Below the pieces are notes generated by a model, which was not told the DNA's origin, made no database searches, and saw only the letters and a list, made by a program, of their open reading frames with translations. From Flavobacteriales bacterium UBA7443 (GTDB lineage: Bacteria > Bacteroidota > Bacteroidia > Flavobacteriales_D > Sanyastnellaceae), in the NCBI GenBank assembly GCA_002477505.1, contig DLQB01000046.1:1-62766 (forward strand): a stretch of 62,766 bases of DNA. Reading direction: 5' to 3'. Positions within the stretch are counted from its first letter, which is position 1. Each line of letters starts with the position of its first letter. Of the stretch, positions 29,498 through 38,245 are shown piece after piece. Both the position numbers and the translations under genes were made by a program.

Positions 29498-31336
29498 ATG
29501 TGGCAGGCGCTAAATCCACCCCAACTGAAGGCACCACTTTTCGGCCCTTCTCTGCTCTTTGCTGTCGGCGTCCTTGTCTTTGAACTGCCTCATGAGCCAT
29601 TGGCACTGGCATTTGGCGTATTGCTTATCGCCAAACCAAAACGTTTGGTCATGGTCCTATTCGTCGGACTGGGAATGGCGCGCATCGCGCTGCACATCCA
29701 TCAATACCCAAGGAATCAATCCAAGGAATGTTCTTTGTGGAATTGCCACTCAGCAGCCGTCCTGAAGGACCAGACATTTCAATGCCATTGCTCCTCGCTG
29801 AAATACCCTACGGGCATCGAGGTGGAATGGAATCATGTCGAAGCACCGCCTTTGAACCAAAATTTCTTGGCCATCATCACCCCATTTGGATCGCGTGGAT
29901 CATTCAATGTAGACCAATGGAAACGGTCAAAGGGAATCCATGGAAGGCTCTCTCCCCTGACAAAGACCACAGATCGAGAAAGCACAAAACAGAGATTCCG
30001 AGGCAAAGGTTCCGATGGCTGTAAGAGGGTGAAACAATGGCGAGAATCAATTCACGCTGCAATAGACTCGTCATTTTCTAAAGATACCGGTGGTTTTCTT
30101 CGAGCCATTTCTACGGGAGATAAATCCAAATTGAGCTTCCATATGAAAGCTGCCTTCGCCCATGCAGGCATCGGCCATTTGTTAGCGGTCAGTGGATACC
30201 ACGTAGGACTCATCTGTTTTGTGCCGCTTGTTCTCCTCCGCAGCAGACGTTGGATGATCCGCTGCATTGCCTTGATCATGGCACTGGCATGTTCCTGGAC
30301 ATTTGTAGCCATTTGCGGCTGGCCTCCTTCGGCCATTCGAGCCGCAACCATGGTCGGTCTGTATGCCATTTGCAATTGCCTTCGACTTCCAATCAGCTCC
30401 ATTCAAATATGGTCTGTGACGTGTGTTGGTATGATGCTTTGGAATCCCGATTTGGTGTTTGACGTTGGCACCCAATTGAGCTTTGCCGCCGTACTGGCTA
30501 TTCTTTTGTTTGTCCAGATCACAATTGAAACATCACGATACAAAGCCATAATTGGCGCAATCGGTGTTCCAATCGCCGCGCAATTGGGTACGGTCTTTAT
30601 CGCGATACCTGTCTTTAATTTGTTTCCGATTTTCTTCTTACCCTTCAACATCATCGCTCAATTAGACATGATCGTGTTGGGAATTCTTTTTGCCGTTTGG
30701 GGGTTCGGAATGGCCCTAGAGGTGCCCGAATCGGCACAAAAGTTATTCAGTGATGGAGTAGAACTATTCTTGGATAAGCAACTGGAAACCCTTCAATTCA
30801 TTCAGCAGAAATATTCACTCGCGATCAATGTGGAACAGTCCGATTCATGGGCATGGTTCGCCTTAAGTGGGATATACTTTGTCACCGTCTTCTTACTCAT
30901 TCAAAAAAGGCAGATCAAAAAGGAAATCCTTCTCTTGTCCATTGCCTGGGCCATTGTGATTGTTATCTGTGGGATTGTTCATCCCATGCAACGGCCAAGC
31001 CTCCGAATAAAATCATACCGCAAGCCTGTCATCCATCTGCAAGAAGGGTTCAGGGAGCGATTGTGGGTTTTTGACTGCAGAGATTCGAGCCTTGCCATGC
31101 GCAAGAGCATTATGAATGGTGTCAACCAGCCCGAAGTCATTTGCCTAAAACCTGGTCAATATTATAGCAATTCCAATGGCGATTTCATGCTTTGGACCTC
31201 GGATAGTGTCGCTCAGGGCTGCATAGCAAAACGCCCATGCAACTATCGTTACACAGGCGAAATATCCGGACTTCTGACGATTGGCCGGACCGAGATTCCC
31301 TGGGAATCTTGGGGGCCACATGCAGAAATTAATTGA
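29498..31336 (+). CDS. comEC: ComEC/Rec2 family competence membrane protein (no metallo-beta-lactamase domain)
   Basis: ISTGDKSKLSFHMKAAFAHAGIGHLLAVSGYHVG followed by many TM helices. Length about 610 aa. Confidence 0.8.
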   Translation: MWQALNPPQLKAPLFGPSLLFAVGVLVFELPHEPLALAFGVLLIAKPKRLVMVLFVGLGMARIALHIHQYPRNQSKECSLWNCHSAAVLKDQTFQCHCSSLKYPTGIEVEWNHVEAPPLNQNFLAIITPFGSRGSFNVDQWKRSKGIHGRLSPLTKTTDRESTKQRFRGKGSDGCKRVKQWRESIHAAIDSSFSKDTGGFLRAISTGDKSKLSFHMKAAFAHAGIGHLLAVSGYHVGLICFVPLVLLRSRRWMIRCIALIMALACSWTFVAICGWPPSAIRAATMVGLYAICNCLRLPISSIQIWSVTCVGMMLWNPDLVFDVGTQLSFAAVLAILLFVQITIETSRYKAIIGAIGVPIAAQLGTVFIAIPVFNLFPIFFLPFNIIAQLDMIVLGILFAVWGFGMALEVPESAQKLFSDGVELFLDKQLETLQFIQQKYSLAINVEQSDSWAWFALSGIYFVTVFLLIQKRQIKKEILLLSIAWAIVIVICGIVHPMQRPSLRIKSYRKPVIHLQEGFRERLWVFDCRDSSLAMRKSIMNGVNQPEVICLKPGQYYSNSNGDFMLWTSDSVAQGCIAKRPCNYRYTGEISGLLTIGRTEIPWESWGPHAEIN

Positions 31337-31583
31337 GGTGGAGGAGATTCGTCAAAACCTGATCAACATAGCCTTCCCAATCAGGCAAATCGGCAATCGG
31401 TAAAATTGCATTCACCCGGTTGTTGCGACGGCTATAAATGGCTTCTACATAGAAACCATTCAACTCGAAAATACAAAGGATGTATCGGTTTTCAACGATG
31501 CGCTGCGCGAGGCATATTCCGTGGTCCCACATGTAATTTGTCTTCTCATCAAGAGGGAGGCGGTTGAAAGCTGTCAAGTCCAT
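31329..31583 (-). CDS. small conserved Bacteroidota hypothetical protein
   Basis: 84 aa (MDLTAFNRLPLDEKTNYMWDHGICLA...NGFYVEAIYS...) resembling a widespread small-protein family in Bacteroidota (from memory). Its 3' end overlaps the comEC 3' end by 8 nt. Confidence 0.6.
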   Translation of the reverse strand: MDLTAFNRLPLDEKTNYMWDHGICLAQRIVENRYILCIFELNGFYVEAIYSRRNNRVNAILPIADLPDWEGYVDQVLTNLLHLN

Positions 31584-31669
31584 GATCGTTGGTATAAGTC
31601 GTTTGGCTTGGATACGTCTCCCGCTCCAAAAAAGTTACAAAAGGGCCTCCTCTTCTCTATCTTTCGCAC

Positions 31670-32539
31670 ATGAACGCAGTGCAACTCATTGAGTGTCCAC
31701 GTGATGCTATCCAAGGCTGGCCTCAGGTTGTGACCACGAATGATAAAATTGCGTATTACAAGGCTTTGCTGGATGTAGGCTTCGATGCTATTGACATCGG
31801 CAGTTTCGTTTCGCACAAAGCTGTTCCACAGATGGCCGACACGCGAGAGGTCATCAATCGATTGCACGACGAAGGCTTATTTACAGCAGGCACGCGCATC
31901 TTGACGATTGTGGCCAATGAACGCGGAGCAATCGACGCAACGCAAGTGCCGGGCGTCACCGACATGGGCTTTCCTTTGAGCCTCTCTGAAACTTTTCAAG
32001 AAAGGAATACCGGAGCGAATATTGAGGAGGCTTGGAGACGACTCGACCGCGTCAAGCACCATTGCACCGGCCACGACAAGAAACTCGTCGTTTACCTCAG
32101 CATGGGGTTCGGGAATCCGTACGGCGATGCGTGGAGTCCACAGGTTCTCGGCGAATTCGTCGATTCATTAGCCGAACGCATAGAACCGGATGTCATTGCT
32201 TTGAGCGATACCGTTGGGACCGCTACACCCGAAATGATTGCATCCGCATTTCAATCCACCATCCCTCAATTCAAGCACATTACGTTTGGCGCCCATTTGC
32301 ATGCGCATCCCGAGGAAGTTAAAAGTAAATTACAAGCAGCCTACGACAGCGGATGTCGCAGATTCGATGGGGCGTTGAGGGGCATCGGAGGATGTCCTAT
32401 GGCTCAAAATGAATTGGTTGGAAACATTCCTACCGAACACATGGTCGCGCATTTCACGGAGCTCAATGCCTGGAATCTGAAAAATCAACGTGCCTGGGAG
32501 CATGCCATGAGCATCGCTGTCGACCTCTTCCAGACCTGA
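31670..32539 (+). CDS. hydroxymethylglutaryl-CoA lyase (HMGL-like TIM-barrel) family protein
   Basis: IECPRDAIQG, IDIGSFVS, LSDTVG and FGAHLHAHPEE are the Bacteroidota-type HMG-CoA lyase pattern. Confidence 0.8.
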   Translation: MNAVQLIECPRDAIQGWPQVVTTNDKIAYYKALLDVGFDAIDIGSFVSHKAVPQMADTREVINRLHDEGLFTAGTRILTIVANERGAIDATQVPGVTDMGFPLSLSETFQERNTGANIEEAWRRLDRVKHHCTGHDKKLVVYLSMGFGNPYGDAWSPQVLGEFVDSLAERIEPDVIALSDTVGTATPEMIASAFQSTIPQFKHITFGAHLHAHPEEVKSKLQAAYDSGCRRFDGALRGIGGCPMAQNELVGNIPTEHMVAHFTELNAWNLKNQRAWEHAMSIAVDLFQT

Positions 32540-32548
32540 TTTTTAGGT

Positions 32549-32575
32549 AAAAAAAATTGCCTCAGTTGAGGCAAT
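32549..32575 (-). terminator. intrinsic terminator downstream of the ZIP transporter gene
   Basis: ATTGCCTCA (32556-32564) pairs with TGAGGCAAT (32567-32575). On the minus strand the hairpin is followed by a run of 8 T (plus-strand A-run at 32549-32556). Confidence 0.7.
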
Positions 32576-32739
32576 ATTCAAATAAATTCACTTGGAACTT
32601 ATGCCGATGCATGTAGATCTGTTCGAACTTATTAATGTCGATGTGGATGCGGTAATGTTTCATAGGAGAGGTTAAGTGTCCTCTTCTACGAATTTTGTCG
32701 TCAAAAAGTTGCGTTTTGTCTAATATTCGCCTCGAATGG

Positions 32740-33510
32740 TTAGCCCGTTACTAAAAAGGCCAACCCTAGGCCAGCTATCGTGACCAGCATTTTATTCCGG
32801 TTGAAGTGATGGCCATCCCCTGTTTCAAACAAGATTGTGGTGCTAATGTGCAACAAAATACCAATCAGCAATCCTCCCGCATATTGAGGCAAGACAGCCG
32901 AAATTGCCGAATCGGAATGGAGCAAAGCGTCATAGAAAAGCATTCCCATGAGCGGTGTTAGACCGAAAAACGCCAAAGCCAACCATTGCTTCATTCGACT
33001 CACTCCAAATGCGTCAAGCAAACTCATCAACACCAAGGCAACTGGGAATTTGTGAAGAATCAGTCCCATCAACAGCGTAGAATCAATGGTTTCGATTCCA
33101 GTCAAGTGCACGTGTCCGGCATGGTCGTGATGTTCGTGACCGTGATGACCGTCATTGCTCAAAGGCATCGATTCAATGAATGCATGCAAACACAGACTGA
33201 AGTACATCGCCCAAGGCATATGGCCCTTCGCATTTTCTGATTCTTCATGGTGGGCATGACCGTGTTCGATGCCCTGCGAGATGTATTCAAGGATACCTTG
33301 AAGCAAAAAACCGAGGACCACAATGTACCCTGCGTTGGGATTCATCGCATACGCTTCTGGAACAAGGTGATTGAAGATGATTCCAATCAAAAACGCACCT
33401 CCAAACGCCAAGATCAGATTCAACTGACTGCGGAGAAGCGAACCAAACCGATCATAGACAAATGCACCGGCGATGGCAATCAAAAACAATATGAGGCTGG
33501 CAATCCACAT
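32740..33510 (-). CDS. ZIP family divalent metal (zinc) transporter
   Basis: About 8 TM helices and His-rich loops (HGHAHHEESENAKGH; HHGHEHHDHAGHVH). HNFPEG-like HKFPVA motif. Confidence 0.85.
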   Translation of the reverse strand: MWIASLILFLIAIAGAFVYDRFGSLLRSQLNLILAFGGAFLIGIIFNHLVPEAYAMNPNAGYIVVLGFLLQGILEYISQGIEHGHAHHEESENAKGHMPWAMYFSLCLHAFIESMPLSNDGHHGHEHHDHAGHVHLTGIETIDSTLLMGLILHKFPVALVLMSLLDAFGVSRMKQWLALAFFGLTPLMGMLFYDALLHSDSAISAVLPQYAGGLLIGILLHISTTILFETGDGHHFNRNKMLVTIAGLGLAFLVTG

Positions 33511-33515
33511 GGCAC

Positions 33516-34283
33516 TTAATGGGCGACAATAATACAGCGAGGACTGCTCTTCACCAACGGATCCAACTTATAATTTCCGAAGGTTTGGAAGGACCGGAAG
33601 CCAACCGTTTCGAGCATCGTCTGAAGGTTCTCCGGAGAAAATGCCTTGACGCGTTCAACATGATGCTGTCGTGTGCCCTCAGAATCAATGTACTGAATGG
33701 ATTTTTCAATCCAACCATCTGCGATTCGACGGTTCAATTCGAACTCAATCCCACCTTTCATAATGCGCTCGAACGGAACCAACACATTCTTTACCTGGTG
33801 CAGGTTTAAAAAATCCAGGATAAAAGGACCTTGAGCCTGCAGCACCGTTCGAACCCCTCGCAGCGTTTGCTCGTGTTCCTCTTCCTTATCAAAGTAACCG
33901 AAACTCGTAAACAACATGGTGACAGCCTCAAACGCATCCGGCGCAAACTGCGATGCAATTTTTCGCATATCACCCTGGACGAATTGCAATCGCAATTCCG
34001 TTGATGAATGCATGGCATTTGCCTTAGCGATGCTATGCGCACTCAAGTCCATTCCCACGACCGTATGCCCCTTCGAAGCCATGGCTGCAGAATGTCTTCC
34101 TGCTCCGCATCCGATGTCTAGAATGCTTTGCTCCCTTGTGAGTAGCGTATGATGTTCCGTCAATTTCTCAACAAAAGCAATCGCTTCAAGCTCGGAACGA
34201 TGGCCATACAAAAGATGATATTCCGGAGTATTGAACCAAGGCTCGAACCAATCGGGGGTGCTTTTCCACAAGTTTTTACTCAT
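33516..34283 (-). CDS. class I SAM-dependent methyltransferase
   Basis: Motif I ILDIGCGAGRHS, followed by VVGMDLS and the post-I/II/III pattern. Confidence 0.85.
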   Translation of the reverse strand: MSKNLWKSTPDWFEPWFNTPEYHLLYGHRSELEAIAFVEKLTEHHTLLTREQSILDIGCGAGRHSAAMASKGHTVVGMDLSAHSIAKANAMHSSTELRLQFVQGDMRKIASQFAPDAFEAVTMLFTSFGYFDKEEEHEQTLRGVRTVLQAQGPFILDFLNLHQVKNVLVPFERIMKGGIEFELNRRIADGWIEKSIQYIDSEGTRQHHVERVKAFSPENLQTMLETVGFRSFQTFGNYKLDPLVKSSPRCIIVAH

Positions 34284-34336
34284 TACTCCTAAGGTGAGGG
34301 TTCGCTAAGTTCGTTTCTATCGCGTTACTTTGAGCT

Positions 34337-34900
34337 ATGTCGATGGTAAATGCTTCTGAAATTGGTTTGCGGCCGTTGCGAGCGGCTTTTCTTTCCGAGG
34401 CCTCCCACCAAAACGGATTGGAGTTTCGATGGCGAGGTGCGATTGAAGAATCCTCGACCGTATTTATTTTGGAATGGATGGAGCAGCGGCTGAGTCAGCT
34501 GGACACCGGGGCATTGAACAAAAAAAGAATTCTAAGGGTAGCAATTGAACTGCTTCAAAACTTGCACCACCATGCAAAAGCCCCCAAGAAGGACGTATCG
34601 TTTGAGATCGTTTCCAACGACGACTCACATTGGTGGATTCGAACCGAAAATGCCGTCTCTACCGAACAAGAAAAATACTTGCAAGAGACACTTTTAGAAC
34701 TCAATGCTATTGATGCCGATCAACTCCGAACCGTACAACGCAACAAAATTGCTCATCAAGAACGCAGTCAGCATGGAGGTGGAGGAGTTGGCTTAAACGA
34801 AATGATTCGAAAAAGCCTAGGACAAATGTTTGTTGAATTCGTTAATAGCAATAGCAATCGAAAAAATGTTATCTTCATAACCAAATTAGCACTAAAATGA
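34337..34900 (+). CDS. SiaB-like GHKL-fold protein kinase (anti-sigma-factor-type ATPase)
   Basis: 187 aa with an N-box-like ELLQNLHHHA and a G-box-like HGGGGVGLNEMIRKS. Overlaps the downstream DUF1987 gene by ATGA. Confidence 0.6.
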   Translation: MSMVNASEIGLRPLRAAFLSEASHQNGLEFRWRGAIEESSTVFILEWMEQRLSQLDTGALNKKRILRVAIELLQNLHHHAKAPKKDVSFEIVSNDDSHWWIRTENAVSTEQEKYLQETLLELNAIDADQLRTVQRNKIAHQERSQHGGGGVGLNEMIRKSLGQMFVEFVNSNSNRKNVIFITKLALK

Positions 34901-35268
34901 CAGACATTTTATTGGAAGGAACAGCGAAGACACCGGAAGTCAAGTTTTCGATAGACCCCATTAGCATGTCACTTTCGGGACGTTCCATCCCCGAGAACTC
35001 AATTGAGTTTTACAAACCATTGCTGGATTGGGTTGACCAAAGCATTCAATCACATCATGAGGAAATTTGCATTTCTGTCAAATTGGAATACTTCAATACA
35101 AGCAGCAGCAAATGCCTGATGGACCTGTTCAAACGCATTGAAAAGGCTGCACCTACGGCGAGTGTCGATTGGTATTACGAAGAAGAAGATGAAGACATGC
35201 TCGAAGCAGGGGAAGATTACGATGCCATCATTGACATTCCTTTCCGATTGATCGCCACCGCTTCCTGA
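34897..35268 (+). CDS. DUF1987 / SiaC-like regulatory phosphoprotein
   Basis: 123 aa: LEGTAKTPEVKF...SLSGRSIPENSIEFYKPLLDWV...LEYFNTSSSKCLMDLF...VDWYYEEEDEDMLEAGEDY, the typical DUF1987 pattern. Thr68 lies within FNTSSSK. Confidence 0.7.
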   Translation: MTDILLEGTAKTPEVKFSIDPISMSLSGRSIPENSIEFYKPLLDWVDQSIQSHHEEICISVKLEYFNTSSSKCLMDLFKRIEKAAPTASVDWYYEEEDEDMLEAGEDYDAIIDIPFRLIATAS

Positions 35269-35269
35269 A

Positions 35270-38197
35270 TCAATCAAGACGTTTGCCCCATCCCAAGCGC
35301 TCTGGGAGTCGATTGACCAAAGCTAAATACATCACCAAAATCATTGACCATAGGATCAATCGATTGAAAAGAGGGGTAGAAAGCGTCCAAGGACCGATCT
35401 TCTTAAAAGGCACGTAAAACGGAGCATTCCAAGCCTGTTGCCCCAGTGGCAATTGATGAATGAATGAAGTTTCCTGGACCAGCCCCCTGCTGGTCATGGA
35501 CACTCGACGTGTACGATCAGTTTGCATGACCCAGGAATGCAAGGATTCATTTTGATGACAATCTTTCAATGCTTTCAGATCTTGCTCTCGTGCAAGTTGC
35601 GTTCTTAAGGAGTCACGCTCGTGAAAAGCTTTTTTGTACTCCTCCCTGAAAGCTATGCGCAGTTGCTCCGCGTCGCGAATTGAATCCGTGGAATGGTTCC
35701 ATGACTCCAACTCCTGCATGGCCCCCTCCCATTCTTTGGAACGGGATGCGACATCGTCAATCGATTGGAAGGACTTGAACCAAAAATCACGGCGCCAAGC
35801 TGAGCGTTCCAGACGATCCTCGCATTCGATGAATGGTTGAACCGCGGCATTGTTTCGACTGAGGTCCACGGCTATGCTTTCAAATCCCCATCGAGAGGCC
35901 ATTATGTTTCCGACCCATGGAACGCGGTCCACTTCAGTAAAGACCGGATTGAATCGATCAAATCGTATGATTGCGCCTCCAAAAATAATCTGAGGGATGA
36001 TCAACAATGGAATCATAACATAGATGGTCTTCGCGGATCGCATCGCCGAAGAGAGGTTCAGTCCCAATAAATTGGCGAAGGCACTCAAGCTGAAGAGTGT
36101 CCAGAACAGCGTGCCAAATGCATTTGGAATTTCTAAGATCAAAATAGAAATCGACGAATACATGAAGCTCTGTAACGCCGAAAGACTAAACATCAAGGCA
36201 ATCTTGGATGTCAAATAAGCATTCCAATTGAGTTTTAAAAACCGCTCTCGTTTCAATAACGGTCGGTCCCGAAAGATTTCTTCCGCACTGAAACTAAGTC
36301 CCAAGAACAGAGAGACGATGACAGAAATGAATAAGAATTGCGGTAAATTCTCACTCAATCGATAACTGTAACCTGCAGCACCGTCTTGAAAACGAGTAAA
36401 GGTTGCAAGGAATATAGCCAAGAGCGGAGCTTGCAGCAGGTTCATCAACACGTACTGCCGATTGCTCCTTTTGGATCTGAAGTCCCGTTGCCAAAAGGTC
36501 CTCCACTGGGATGACCAAGAAGGTGAATCCGAAGTAGTAGGCATCTCTCTCACCGATTCATCCGCCTTCGTACTATTGGCGATCAAAACATTGTAAAAAT
36601 CGAACCATTCTTCTGGAGAAACCCGCCGATTTGAAGTCACCTGACCATATTCATCCACCATACACGATTCAATGATGTCGAAAATTGATTCTGGATTTAC
36701 TGTACCACAATCACGGCAAACCAAATCATTCGATTGCACCTGGTTCGAAAGCTGTTTGAAATATGCCAAACTCATTAAAGGATTGCCTTGAAAAACCGGG
36801 TAGCCGCCTGTGTCCAACATCAATAGATGATCGAACAGCTTGAAAATATCCGAACTCGGCTGGTGGATGACCACAAAAATCAACTTGCCTTTCAGCGTTA
36901 ACTCTTTGAGCAGATCCATAATTTGTTCGCTATCTCGGCTCGATAATCCGCTCGTTGGTTCATCCACAAATAATACCGCGGGCTCGCGGATGAGCTCCAA
37001 TGCAATGTTCAATCGCTTGCGCTGTCCTCCGGAGATCGTTTTATCCATTACGGAGCCCACTCGTAAATCCCGAATATCCCAAAGCCCCAGGCTACGTAAG
37101 GTATTGTCGACTGCAGCGTGTAGCTCGGACTTGTCCAAATCTCCTAAACTCAAGGCAGCGCTATACCGCAAATTATCCTGGACCGTAAGCTCCGAGATCA
37201 AAACATCATCCTGTGCAATGTGACCGATGAGACCAGAGGAAAAGCTATCATCCTGGTAAATGTCTCGCCCGTTGAGGAGGATCCGACCAAAACTCGGAGC
37301 CTGTGATCCATTCAAGATGTTAAGCAATGTTGATTTTCCAGAACCGCTTGAACCCATAATCCCAATCAATTGACCATCAGAGGCCGCAATTGAAATCGGT
37401 TTCAACGCAGATTCATGGGGATAGCGAAAGAAATGCGCCACATCCTCCACTTGGAATGAGATTCGATCAGGACGTGCCGTATAGACCGCGGCCTGAAGTA
37501 GAATATCACTGAAGAATAGTGCGTGACCACTCGCATCTTTTATGACACTGCCTTGGGTCATTGGCAAGCAACAACCCCGCACAATGGGCACACCATTCAA
37601 ACGCAAATCGCCTCGGTCCACATCCTTTATGAAAAACAAGCCCTCGATCGATACACTACAAACCAAAAGAGGTTGATCATCATGATCTGCACCTACTTGT
37701 GCGGATAAAATGGCACCACCTGTCATTGCGTATGGCAAGGCCTCATCACGCGACTCCAACTTTGCAAATTGAGTCAAATCCTTTGCATCCGATTCTGCCA
37801 GATGCAGGGCACTTCCTAATACGGTCAAAAAGCTATCCGAATCGTCGATTGTGCCCGTAGCCTTGGCCAATTCGGCCAAGCGAATGAATACGACCAACCG
37901 ATCTTTGGCGGTTAACTCACCTTTCAATTGGTTGCAAAGCACTAATAATTTGACCGATAGTTTCGACTTACGTTTGGCTAAACATGTTTCATCCAAAGCC
38001 TGTGGCATCTTGCGATTCAATTTCTCCAGGGCGACATCATATCGCTTCAGATAATCCTCTGTAACCGCCCTTGAAAGCCTTCCAAGCAGGTACCTACTCG
38101 CCGCTTGACGACCCAACATCGCCTCCCTTGCACTCCTGCCAGAGGCAAAAAGGGCAAATAGCCGCATAAGCGCATCAAGGATTCCTGTGGTCATCAT
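35270..38197 (-). CDS. ABCG/White-type ABC transporter (fused ATPase plus ABC-2 permease) with long N- and C-terminal extensions
   Basis: Walker A GIMGSSGSGKST, signature ISGGQRKRL, Walker B LFVDEPTSGLS, IHQPS motif and an ABC-2-type TM block at about aa 585-745. There are about 245 extra residues at the N-terminus and about 190 at the C-terminus, ending in a TM helix. Confidence 0.88.
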   Translation of the reverse strand: MMTTGILDALMRLFALFASGRSAREAMLGRQAASRYLLGRLSRAVTEDYLKRYDVALEKLNRKMPQALDETCLAKRKSKLSVKLLVLCNQLKGELTAKDRLVVFIRLAELAKATGTIDDSDSFLTVLGSALHLAESDAKDLTQFAKLESRDEALPYAMTGGAILSAQVGADHDDQPLLVCSVSIEGLFFIKDVDRGDLRLNGVPIVRGCCLPMTQGSVIKDASGHALFFSDILLQAAVYTARPDRISFQVEDVAHFFRYPHESALKPISIAASDGQLIGIMGSSGSGKSTLLNILNGSQAPSFGRILLNGRDIYQDDSFSSGLIGHIAQDDVLISELTVQDNLRYSAALSLGDLDKSELHAAVDNTLRSLGLWDIRDLRVGSVMDKTISGGQRKRLNIALELIREPAVLFVDEPTSGLSSRDSEQIMDLLKELTLKGKLIFVVIHQPSSDIFKLFDHLLMLDTGGYPVFQGNPLMSLAYFKQLSNQVQSNDLVCRDCGTVNPESIFDIIESCMVDEYGQVTSNRRVSPEEWFDFYNVLIANSTKADESVREMPTTSDSPSWSSQWRTFWQRDFRSKRSNRQYVLMNLLQAPLLAIFLATFTRFQDGAAGYSYRLSENLPQFLFISVIVSLFLGLSFSAEEIFRDRPLLKRERFLKLNWNAYLTSKIALMFSLSALQSFMYSSISILILEIPNAFGTLFWTLFSLSAFANLLGLNLSSAMRSAKTIYVMIPLLIIPQIIFGGAIIRFDRFNPVFTEVDRVPWVGNIMASRWGFESIAVDLSRNNAAVQPFIECEDRLERSAWRRDFWFKSFQSIDDVASRSKEWEGAMQELESWNHSTDSIRDAEQLRIAFREEYKKAFHERDSLRTQLAREQDLKALKDCHQNESLHSWVMQTDRTRRVSMTSRGLVQETSFIHQLPLGQQAWNAPFYVPFKKIGPWTLSTPLFNRLILWSMILVMYLALVNRLPERLGWGKRLD

Positions 38198-38245
38198 TGT
38201 GCCCCCTTACGCTAAGAGGCCTCCAAAAGTTTCGTTTCGACCCGC

